Origin: Verrucomicrobiia bacterium
GTDB lineage: Bacteria; Verrucomicrobiota; Verrucomicrobiia; Limisphaerales; UBA11358
Assembly: GCA_025451535.1 (NCBI GenBank)
Contig: JANWKE010000009.1
Location: 11,917-75,916, forward strand
Reading direction: 5' to 3'
Length of the DNA stretch: 64,000 nt
The position numbers and the translations under genes were made by a program. Shown piece after piece: positions 30,880 through 39,352 of the stretch. The notes below the pieces were generated by a model, which was not told the DNA's origin, did no database searches, and saw only the letters and a program-made list of their open reading frames with translations. Position 1 is the stretch's first letter. Every line of letters begins with the position of its first letter.

Positions 30880-31712
30880 GATTTTCCATTGTAACCCCCA
30901 GTTTCCGCAATTCAAAATGGCTCAAGCTTTGTATCGCATCAGTGGCTGACCAGGAAGGCGTTGAATTCGAACACATTGTCCAGGACTCCTGTTCGGATGA
31001 CGGCACGCAGGATTGGCTGCCCCGTGACCCGCGCGTGCGGGCATTCATCGAAAAAGATACGGGGATGTACGATGCCGTCAACCGGGGTTTCCGGCGCGCT
31101 CAAGGTGATATCCTGGCTTATTTGAATTGTGATGAACAGTATCTGCCCGGCGCGCTTAAAACCATTCACGATTTTTTTGCCGCAAACCCAAAAATCGAAG
31201 TGGTGCTGGCCGGCAGCATCATCATCAACGGTGAAGGAAAATACATCTGCCATCGCCATTCACTGGTGCCTTACCGGCACTCCCTCTGGTTTCGTTTCCC
31301 GGTCTTTACCTGCGCGTTGTTCCTCCGGCGGCGGGTGGTGCATGAGCGCGGCATCGTCTTTGACCCGCGCTGGCGCGATCTCGGTGACGGGTTTTGGGTT
31401 CAGGCAATGCTGGAAAGCCATATTCCCATGACCGTCTGCGATTCCTTCACCTCCGCTTTTGCCGATACCGGTGAAAACATGAATCTAAAGCCGAATGCGA
31501 TTCGAGAGAAAAATGAGATTCTGGCGACGATCCCCCGGTGGCTTCGGTTGTTCAAACCCGTCTGGATCCTGGAATATCGTTTACGCAAGTTGATGGCCGG
31601 CCACTATTCACTCAAACCAACCAGTTATTCCATTTACACGCTCCAAAGTCCGCAACAGCGGGTCCGCTTCGACGTCGCCAAACCAACTGCGGTCTGGCAT
31701 AACCGGCTTTGA
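30876..31712 (+). CDS. glycosyltransferase family 2
   Basis: FSIVTPSFRNSKWLKLCIASV...QDSCSDDGT...YLNCDEQY (DXD-like). ATGA overlap with the upstream gene. Confidence 0.85.
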   Translation: MRFSIVTPSFRNSKWLKLCIASVADQEGVEFEHIVQDSCSDDGTQDWLPRDPRVRAFIEKDTGMYDAVNRGFRRAQGDILAYLNCDEQYLPGALKTIHDFFAANPKIEVVLAGSIIINGEGKYICHRHSLVPYRHSLWFRFPVFTCALFLRRRVVHERGIVFDPRWRDLGDGFWVQAMLESHIPMTVCDSFTSAFADTGENMNLKPNAIREKNEILATIPRWLRLFKPVWILEYRLRKLMAGHYSLKPTSYSIYTLQSPQQRVRFDVAKPTAVWHNRL

Positions 31713-31965
31713 CGCCGCCCGGTAAATACAAGCCGCCAGGCGCGAACCTGGCCGCCATGCTTCCCCCGGTCGTCCGGATGGCAATGGGGACTCGTTCCTG
31801 AAAAATGGGATTGCCACGCCGCCGGCTATCGAGCAAAATTATCCCTCTCATGCAAAATCAATTTGTAGTGGTCGGTGGCGGCGAATTTTTCCGTGTTCAA
31901 CTTGATTGGGCATTGAGCAATTAAACCCCGGACGTTCACCCTTGGTTGTACTCAATACCGATGAT

Positions 31966-33009
31966 ATGGAAACAAAACGACTTGTCGAAAAAGACCCGGC
32001 CCTGAAAAAGGATGATCTGATTGTCATCACCGGCGCCGGTGGATTTATTGGCGGCAACCTGGCGCTTTATTTCAAGCAAAAGGGCTTCCAACGCATCCGC
32101 GCCGTGGACAAGAAACCGCTCTACGAATGGTATCTCAAGGTGCCGGGCGTGGAAAATCTCTGCCTGGATGTCAGCCACGAAGACAATTGCCATCGCGCTT
32201 GTGAAGGCGCGGTGGAGGTGTACCAATTGGCTGCCGACATGGGCGGCATGGGCTTCATTGAACGTTTCCGGGTCGAATGCCTGCGTTCCATCCTCATCAA
32301 CACGCACATGGTCGAGGCGGCTTACCGCGCGGGGGTGCGCCGCTATTTTTACTCCAGCTCCGCCTGTGCCTACAACACATTGCTGCAGCAGGACCCGAAG
32401 GTCCGCGCGCTGAAAGAATCCGATGCCTATCCGGCCATGGCCGAACGGGGTTACGGCTGGGAAAAACTCGTTTCGGAAATGTTCTGCCAGGAATACTGGG
32501 CCGAACGCGGAATGAAAACGTTAATCGCCCGGTTCCACAATGTCTATGGCCCGCACGGCACCTGGGACGGCGGACGCGAAAAAGCCCCCGCCGCCCTCTG
32601 TCGCAAGGTCATCGAAGCCATGGATACCGGCAAAAAGGACATCACGCTTTGGGGGGACGGGACGCCGACGCGCAGCTTCATGTACATTGACGATTGTGTG
32701 AAAGGCATCGACCTGATCATGCACTGCGATGATTTGATTGCCACGCCGATCAATCTGGGCACCAGTGAACTGGTCTCCGTCAACGAACTCCTCTCGAAGA
32801 TTGAGAAAATTGCCGGCGTGAAGCTCAAGCGCCATTACGACCTGGATGCTCCCCGGGGCGTGGCCGGCCGTAACAGCGACAACACCTTCATCAAGAAAAT
32901 GCTCAAGTGGGAGCCAAACACTCCCTTGGACGAGGGCCTGACGGTGACTTACAAATGGATCCATGAGCAATACCACAATCGCAAGCAAGGCCGGCGCGTC
33001 GTGGAATAA
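31966..33009 (+). CDS. NAD-dependent epimerase (GDP-mannose-3,5-epimerase-like SDR)
   Basis: IVITGAGGFIGGNLALYF, AADMGGMGFI and YGWEK motifs as in the GME-type family. The start is set at METKRL. Confidence 0.82.
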   Translation: METKRLVEKDPALKKDDLIVITGAGGFIGGNLALYFKQKGFQRIRAVDKKPLYEWYLKVPGVENLCLDVSHEDNCHRACEGAVEVYQLAADMGGMGFIERFRVECLRSILINTHMVEAAYRAGVRRYFYSSSACAYNTLLQQDPKVRALKESDAYPAMAERGYGWEKLVSEMFCQEYWAERGMKTLIARFHNVYGPHGTWDGGREKAPAALCRKVIEAMDTGKKDITLWGDGTPTRSFMYIDDCVKGIDLIMHCDDLIATPINLGTSELVSVNELLSKIEKIAGVKLKRHYDLDAPRGVAGRNSDNTFIKKMLKWEPNTPLDEGLTVTYKWIHEQYHNRKQGRRVVE

Positions 33010-33144
33010 CCACCTTGCAGCCAGAAGGTTGCTCATATTTTCATCATCCGCGGCACTTGGCGTTCCTGGGTTGAACACCCCAATTGAAGCCCTGCGTCTG
33101 TCGCTGGACAATTACCGCAAAGCAACGAGACCAATGGAGGATTT

Positions 33145-33372
33145 ATGACAACAGCAACAAAAATCCTGAGTCAGGTAAGTGATGCCAAAGTTATCAAACG
33201 TGTTATCAGCGGAGAGGCCGTAGTCGGATACGCCGTGCTGGGCTGTCTGGTGGCCGGCACGATCGGCATCATCAAGGCAATCGGGATGGAGGACATCGGC
33301 GCAGCCGCATGTCTGCTGGCTTCAGTCGCAGCGTTCGGCACCGTTTGCTACATCTATTTTCGGAAGCCTTGA
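33145..33372 (+). CDS. small membrane protein, hypothetical
   Basis: 75-aa ORF with two hydrophobic helices. GGAGG lies 4 nt upstream of the ATG. Confidence 0.4.
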   Translation: MTTATKILSQVSDAKVIKRVISGEAVVGYAVLGCLVAGTIGIIKAIGMEDIGAAACLLASVAAFGTVCYIYFRKP

Positions 33373-33470
33373 GTCTGGCGAGCGGCGCCGTCTGACTTCG
33401 CGCCGCCGCCGTGTTTGAACAGCAAAGCAATCTCAGCGGGATTTCATCCGCGAGGTTGCGGTTCAACTTT

Positions 33471-35057
33471 TCAAGCACTAATCTGTTTCAGCGCTTCGCG
33501 CTCACACGCCGCGTATTTCTCGACGAGCCGGTCATAAACGCGCGCGGCTTTCGGGTCCGGACGGACCTCGCTGCCGGGAATCGGATCGGTGAATCCGGCC
33601 ACCAGTTCCTCCCAGCCCGGTTTTTCTCCCGCTTGAACCAGCCAGCCGTGTGCCGCCAGCAAGGCGGCACCGAGTGCGGCGCTCTTGGAAATCTCAATAC
33701 GCAACACGCGGCAGTTCATCACGTCGGCCATCACCCGCAACAACGCCGGATCGTTCGACGCGCCGCCCGTGGCGTAAATACAGTCCGGCTCAACCTTCAT
33801 CCACTGCGCATGCAGCCGCTTGGACAGCATCTGCGCCTCCACAATCGCGCGGCAGTTTGCCGCGGCGCCCTGCTCGTCCAGATCAAAGCGGTGAATGCCG
33901 GGCCGGTTCACGCGCGGGACAATCTCCGCCTCGAACCAGGGTAATAAAATCCCGCCATCGTTACCCGGGGGGGTAGTGGCCATCAACTCGCCGAATTCCT
34001 TCCAGCTTTTGACACCGTAAGCATCCCGGATTTTTTCGCGCGCGAGCGACCCGTTTTTGAAACAGATCAACGACATGTAACCACCCGCCGGCGAGCCGAA
34101 CACGTGGCCTTCGCCGAAATCATCGGTGCGGCAGCTTCTCATCGAACCGAAATACGTGTCACTCGTGCCCAGGCTGATGGCCACCCTGCCCTGCTTGATA
34201 AGCCCCAATCCGACGAGGCTGCACGGATTGTCACCCGACCAGACCAATGCCTGCGCGGCGGGATTCAATCCATGCTTCTTCACAAAATAGTTGCTGACCG
34301 GTCCGACGATTTTCGACGAATCGGCCAGCGATGGGAGTCTGTGCCGCAAACCCGGCGCGGTCGCCTTGAGCGCGCCCGGATGCCAGACCTTTTGGTGAAT
34401 GTCCATCAGGTTCATCCCCGCGCCGTCGCCGTAATCAATCGGCGCGATTTGCCCGGCCAGCAGTGACGCCATGAACGAGCTGACGAGCGCAATGTGCTCG
34501 GTTTGGGCATAAGCTTCCGGGTCGATCCTGTAAAACTTGCGGATTTGCGGGCCGGTGAACCGTTCGAAAGTATCCGATCCGGTTTGCTGCGCCGTCCGTT
34601 GGATGCCGCCCAGTTTCTTCCGAATCTCGGCACACTCCACCGCCGTCGAGGAATCCATCCAAATCGGCGAAGTCCGGCGCGAAAAAACTCCCTTCAAATT
34701 TTCCACCAGACTCATTCCGGGATCCAGATTGGCCAGCGCCTCCGCCGCGCGCGCATTGAGATAAACCGAGCCATGCTGCTGGCCGCTGCCGCTCACGGCC
34801 AGAATGTCGCCCAGTGCCACACCATCCTTTTGCATCGCGGCCAGGAGCAAATCCAGCGCCGCGGCCCACATCAACGGCGGGCTATGTTTGACCAGTGGAT
34901 CGCGATGGGGCAGCACCCCGTTTTGAGTTTTGTACTGCGGCAACGCCTGGTCGAAGTTCAACGATTTGTCATACACCACCCGGCGCCGCTCGTAATCAAT
35001 CACCACCGCGCTCAGGCTTTGCGTGCTGGAATCCAGTCCGAGAAATAATTTTGCCAT
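33471..35057 (-). CDS. FGGY-family carbohydrate kinase, xylulokinase-like
   Basis: LGLDSSTQSLSAVVID N-terminus and GGASNDPALLRVMADV C-terminal motif. 528 aa. Confidence 0.85.
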   Translation of the reverse strand: MAKLFLGLDSSTQSLSAVVIDYERRRVVYDKSLNFDQALPQYKTQNGVLPHRDPLVKHSPPLMWAAALDLLLAAMQKDGVALGDILAVSGSGQQHGSVYLNARAAEALANLDPGMSLVENLKGVFSRRTSPIWMDSSTAVECAEIRKKLGGIQRTAQQTGSDTFERFTGPQIRKFYRIDPEAYAQTEHIALVSSFMASLLAGQIAPIDYGDGAGMNLMDIHQKVWHPGALKATAPGLRHRLPSLADSSKIVGPVSNYFVKKHGLNPAAQALVWSGDNPCSLVGLGLIKQGRVAISLGTSDTYFGSMRSCRTDDFGEGHVFGSPAGGYMSLICFKNGSLAREKIRDAYGVKSWKEFGELMATTPPGNDGGILLPWFEAEIVPRVNRPGIHRFDLDEQGAAANCRAIVEAQMLSKRLHAQWMKVEPDCIYATGGASNDPALLRVMADVMNCRVLRIEISKSAALGAALLAAHGWLVQAGEKPGWEELVAGFTDPIPGSEVRPDPKAARVYDRLVEKYAACEREALKQISA

Positions 35058-35390
35058 GCGATTTCAACCGCCAGTAAAAACTGCGACCGCTCCGCCGTCA
35101 AGTATTCGTAGCCGCCGACCAATCCGGTGGGGCGAGACTCCGTCGAGCCGAGGCAGGGACGTCGCCCTGCAATATCCGAAACAGGCCGAAGCGTCTAAGA
35201 AGGGATGCGGAACTCTCGCCGGACGGCTCGGCGAGCCGTCGCTGCCAGAAATCCCCTCCCTCGACACCCACATCGGTTTCTCAATAAAAGGCTATTGACT
35301 CGCTACTTGGCGGGCGCGATTTTCACCCCATGACGCCTTGTTATGCGTCCGATATGATAGATACCTAAACGCCCGGCGTCGTTCGCGTTT

Positions 35391-35645
35391 ATGATAGAGC
35401 GATTTATCTTCGGCATGCACTGGAAGCATGACGGGAAAATGTACTATGACGAGTTGCCCGCCGACTCGAAGGAAGATGCGGCAGGGTATTTTATTGACCA
35501 CAAGCGTGACGATGTTTCTCTGGTTCGCGTCGAGTTGGTTGGTCCGAATGAGGGTGGCGTTCGAGAGTTTGTTCTTTCGCCGACCTCGCCTTTTAGCCCA
35601 TTAACGGCGCGTCGCAGATTGGACATTGATGAAGACGCCAGATAA
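35391..35645 (+). CDS. hypothetical small protein
   Basis: 84-aa ORF in a lower-GC stretch. Its 3' end begins direct-repeat copy A. Confidence 0.4.
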   Translation: MIERFIFGMHWKHDGKMYYDELPADSKEDAAGYFIDHKRDDVSLVRVELVGPNEGGVREFVLSPTSPFSPLTARRRLDIDEDAR

Positions 35646-35734
35646 CCTCATGTTTTCCAACACCGCCCTGAAGGCATTTGACCCATTGGGGAAATGGTGA
35701 AGCCAGAACGGCCGCCGGCTGTGTCCCGCGTGCC
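35589..35734. repeat. direct repeat copy A (~146 nt)
   Basis: Ungapped hand alignment with 37898-38043 gives 115 of 146 identical positions, including exact runs ccttttagcc, catgttttccaacaccgc and gaagccagaa. Confidence 0.75.
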
Positions 35735-35741
35735 GGGTATA

Positions 35742-35820
35742 TGCTCCAAAGTTATTCAGCCGGCGGCGAGGAGAGTAAGCGAGAACTCGCCGGGGCCGAC
35801 GGCTGAATAACTTTGGAGCA
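35742..35820. repeat. perfect 21-bp inverted repeat hairpin within a 102-nt copy-A-specific insert
   Basis: tgctccaaagttattcagccg (35742-35762) is the exact reverse complement of cggctgaataactttggagca (35800-35820). An inner stem ggcgag/ctcgcc lies in the loop. Confidence 0.8.
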
Positions 35821-35864
35821 CATACCAGAAATTCTCTGGGCTCTGGACGTTATAGGCGCACGAT

Positions 35865-36110
35865 ATGTTTCTAACCCCTTGGATGCTCGTCCAGGCGATT
35901 ATCTTTGCGCTTGGAATCTGGTGGTGCATGCAAATTCTTCCACGGTGGCGGGATGACCTTGGCAAGCTGCGCGAGCCTGACGACAAGGCAGATCGAGTGG
36001 TAATAATCATATTATGGAGCATTACGGGCGTGGTCATTTATCTGTGCATCCGATTTGGCCTGACCATCGGCAGCAACATCGTCGGCGGGATGCGAGATGT
36101 CCTCCGCTGA
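35865..36110 (+). CDS. small two-TM membrane protein, hypothetical
   Basis: 81-aa ORF with two clear hydrophobic helices separated by a charged loop. Confidence 0.45.
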   Translation: MFLTPWMLVQAIIFALGIWWCMQILPRWRDDLGKLREPDDKADRVVIIILWSITGVVIYLCIRFGLTIGSNIVGGMRDVLR

Positions 36111-36325
36111 AGATTCGAACCGAGGAGAAACGAGATGTGCGCCAAAACCGCGCTACGGCCGACGACCACTGCACCTTCAGTTTTGGATTGAGCGATGAGA
36201 TTTGAAAGGCAAGATTGCAGTCGTAAACCCGCCATGCGGGATTGGGAATGCCAGGCGGCTTTGTGCGCATGAACACCATTGTCCATCCATTCCTGGCCGA
36301 CGGAGGTGAGGGTTACCTTGCGGCC

Positions 36326-36577
36326 ATGGCTCAAATCGAATTGATGAAAGCGTATGTAGCGGCCGGCATCGTGATCATGTTGGCATTTTTACCCTGGTGG
36401 CGCCGCGGCACACGGTGGCTGTGTCTGGGATTTGCCTCAGTCAGTTCTTACTTAGTGATAGATTCCTATCGTGACAATGACCCTTTGCCATGGACCCTCG
36501 CTGTATTGTTCTTCCCGCTGGCGATGCCGTTGACTGGTGTGATTCTTTCATGGAGACGGTCGCGAAGATTTGAATGA
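36326..36577 (+). CDS. small membrane protein, PLD_N-like (cardiolipin synthase N-terminal type) motif
   Basis: Two TM helices. DPLPWTLAVLFFPLAMPLTGVILSW resembles the short PLD N-terminal membrane domain. Start uncertain (36242-36344). Confidence 0.4.
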   Translation: MAQIELMKAYVAAGIVIMLAFLPWWRRGTRWLCLGFASVSSYLVIDSYRDNDPLPWTLAVLFFPLAMPLTGVILSWRRSRRFE

Positions 36578-36723
36578 CGATGACGCCACTTGACGCCGCG
36601 CTGGTGCCAGCTCCGATGTATAATATCGCGAGCGGGCGACAGGATGGCGCGGTCAGGCTGCCCCGAAAATTTTTGCGATTCCGGACGTCGAGGTTCAGAT
36701 CATGCCATTGACGAGATGAAATC

Positions 36724-37866
36724 ATGCCCGGCCAACCGCAAAGCAACGCCCGGCTCGGCTACATAGACAATCTGCGCTCGACGATGATTGTTTGGGTCGT
36801 GGCCTTTCACACCGCGATAACCTACAGCCACATCGGCAGTTGGTATTACAGCGATCCGAAGCCGGTGGATAACTTTTCTCCCGTCGTATTCCTCACATTC
36901 GAAGTGCATTCCCAGGCTTTCTTCATGGGGATACTTTTCCTGCTTGCCGGATATTTCGTTCCCGGCGCGTTCGACCGCAAAGGGTTCCGACGGTTCATGG
37001 CCGACCGATTCGTGCGGCTTGGTCTGCCATCGCTGATCTACATCTTCGTTATTCAGCCACTGCTGATGCATTACCTGTTGCGGGCCGGCAAAGGCAGCCT
37101 GGCGGATTATTATCGCACCTTTCTGGCCTCCGGCGACTGGCTCACTGGTGGAGGACCGATGTGGTTTGCCATCGCGCTGCTGATCTTCTGCCTGGTCTAT
37201 GGCCTGTTTAGGATTATCGTGCCGGCAAAGGAAAGAACCTCCGTGCTGCCTGCACCCGGCCTGGCCGGTTTGATGGGCGTGGGGTTGGTAATTGCGATGT
37301 TCGCGTTTCTGATCCGTACGGAGGAACCGATGGGAAAGGGTTTTCTTTATTTTCAACCAGGTTTCTTCACGCAGTACATAGTCCTGTTCGTGCTTGGCAA
37401 TGTGGCGTACCGCAACAACTGGTTTGCCAGCCTGCCAAGGCGGCTCGGCTACGGAGTGCTGGTCGGCGCGGCGATCTTCAGCCCGATGGCGTGGTTTGGG
37501 CTGCTCATTTTGGGGGGCGGACTTCAACAGGGTGTTGCCGCGTATGTGGGCGGCTGGCGGTGGCAGAGTGCGGGTTATGCCTTGTGGGAATCACTTTTCT
37601 GCATGGCGATGTGCGCCGGGTTGCCGGTGCTTTACCGTGAACACTTCAACGGCCGGGGCCGGGTCTCGAAGCTGACGTCTGACAACTCATTCGGAATCTA
37701 TTTCATCCATCCGCCGGTGGTCGTGGCAGTCTCACAAATGTCCGTAGGGCTGGCGCTGCCGCCGCTCGTGAAATGGCTTATGGTGGCGCCGCTGGCGTTC
37801 CTGGCCACGCTGGCGGTCGTGCATCTGGTCCTGCGCCGTACGCCTCTCCTGCGCCGGATCATCTGA
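36724..37866 (+). CDS. acyltransferase family 3 membrane protein
   Basis: GYIDNLRSTMIVWVVAFH N-terminal motif, about ten TM helices, 380 aa. Confidence 0.85.
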   Translation: MPGQPQSNARLGYIDNLRSTMIVWVVAFHTAITYSHIGSWYYSDPKPVDNFSPVVFLTFEVHSQAFFMGILFLLAGYFVPGAFDRKGFRRFMADRFVRLGLPSLIYIFVIQPLLMHYLLRAGKGSLADYYRTFLASGDWLTGGGPMWFAIALLIFCLVYGLFRIIVPAKERTSVLPAPGLAGLMGVGLVIAMFAFLIRTEEPMGKGFLYFQPGFFTQYIVLFVLGNVAYRNNWFASLPRRLGYGVLVGAAIFSPMAWFGLLILGGGLQQGVAAYVGGWRWQSAGYALWESLFCMAMCAGLPVLYREHFNGRGRVSKLTSDNSFGIYFIHPPVVVAVSQMSVGLALPPLVKWLMVAPLAFLATLAVVHLVLRRTPLLRRII

Positions 37867-37897
37867 TCCCGAAAAAGTTGCTCATTCGCCTGTTTCA

Positions 37898-38043
37898 CCT
37901 TTTAGCCCTTTGGAAGCACGTGGCAGATTGGACATAGGCGAGGATGCCGGATGACCTCATGTTTTCCAACACCGCGCCGCCGCCATTTAAGCCATCGGAG
38001 AAATGGCGAAGCCAGAACAGCGGCTGGTCGTGGCCCGCCTGCC
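37898..38043. repeat. direct repeat copy B (~146 nt)
   Basis: See copy A. It also retains a degenerate in-frame remnant PFSPLEARGRLDIGEDAG*, comparable to the C-terminus SPFSPLTARRRLDIDEDAR* of ORF 35391-35645. Confidence 0.75.
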
Positions 38044-38335
38044 TGGGCTCTGGATGTTAGACCTCTTAGTGCGCAGGAGTGGACCGGCAATACAAAAAAC
38101 GCAAACTCGGTGCCGAGGACCTGTGACTGGAGAAACCTCAGTTAACCATTGGCCAACAAGAGGTTCTTTTAAGCCGGATGACGCGCAGACGGGGACGTGC
38201 TTTATTTGAAGCCAGCCGCAGGTTCGAGGGGGCAAATTATCATTTTTTGCAAATGTTTTGACAATTTTTGCATTGGAACATTTATGGGAGATGATAAAAA
38301 AGTATTATACCTTTGTGAAAGAAATCCGATTCTTT

Positions 38336-39208
38336 ATGGCCACACGGGGAGTTATGGCGCGCAACGGCGGCGTAAAAGGTTTTCAGTGGAAGTTGCGGCG
38401 GCCGGCCGGGTTTACCCTGATTGAATTGTTAGTGGTGATCGCGATCATCGCAATTCTGGCCGCGATACTGCTGCCGGCGCTGGCGGCAGCGAAAGAAAAG
38501 GCCCAGCGCACCATCTGCATCAATAACCTCAAAGAATTGCTCGTGGCCAATACCATGTGCGCCGACGACAACAATCAAGTCATTGCCCACCCAAACGCTG
38601 ATTCGGCCTTTTCCTGGAATTCTGCAACTCCGGGTGGGGATCCGCCGGGTTGGTTGTACCGAACCGGCCTCACGCCAGCGGGTCTGGGCCACGGGATCCC
38701 TGCGGGTGTGTCCTGGACGCTGCTGGGTCCGGAGGGAGGCGCCTTCTGGCAATATATAAGCAACGGCAAGGTGACAGGAACGTCGGTCAACAATATCGGG
38801 CCGAATCACAAAGTTCCCAAAGTTTGGCAGATGTACCAGTGCCCGTTAGATCCGCCGCCAAAGTACGCGTCCCTGTTTAGCAGCCGTCAAATCAAGTTCG
38901 ACAGTTATGTGATGAATTGGGGCGTTGCCAACTTCAGCCAGAACCAGCCACAAAAGATCACTGCCTTCCGGGGGGACGCGATTGTGCTGTGGGAGGCGAA
39001 CTGCACCACGAACTCGGTGGCTCCCTTCAAGGACGGCGCGGCTGGCCCCGGTGAAGGCATAGGCGAGCAGCACGGCGGCTCGGGCGCAGATATTGGCCGC
39101 ATGGATGGAAGCGTGCAGTTTATTCGCTACATTGATTTCTACAGCATGGCCGCCAGCCCCAATAGAAACGACCTCTGGATTGCCACGGATACAGCCAATG
39201 GCCATTAG
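38336..39208 (+). CDS. prepilin-type N-terminal cleavage/methylation domain protein (DUF1559-like)
   Basis: G|[24 protein letters not shown] and C-terminal [15 protein letters not shown] (an H-X10-DG variant). The start is set at MATRGV. Confidence 0.85.
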   Translation: MATRGVMARNGGVKGFQWKLRRPAGFTLIELLVVIAIIAILAAILLPALAAAKEKAQRTICINNLKELLVANTMCADDNNQVIAHPNADSAFSWNSATPGGDPPGWLYRTGLTPAGLGHGIPAGVSWTLLGPEGGAFWQYISNGKVTGTSVNNIGPNHKVPKVWQMYQCPLDPPPKYASLFSSRQIKFDSYVMNWGVANFSQNQPQKITAFRGDAIVLWEANCTTNSVAPFKDGAAGPGEGIGEQHGGSGADIGRMDGSVQFIRYIDFYSMAASPNRNDLWIATDTANGH

Positions 39209-39352
39209 CGGTGACTTTTCCCAAGGACGAAGTGATCCAGCCCCAGCAATGCGATTTCAAGAACCATCACCTCACCTCAAAACCGAAACAGACCTCCCAC
39301 TATGAAGACAGTCACAAACAACACAGCCGGTGGACTATAATCCAAATTCAAG

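Noticed and set aside
36700-37527. 275-aa minus ORF
   Set aside because: Antisense to the family-3 acyltransferase. Highly charged, non-membrane composition.
35589-38063. Calling the repeat-bounded islet a mobile element
   Set aside because: No integrase, transposase, tRNA target or terminal inverted repeats. The repeats are only about 79 percent identical, so I report them as repeats and a hypothesis rather than as a mobile_element feature.
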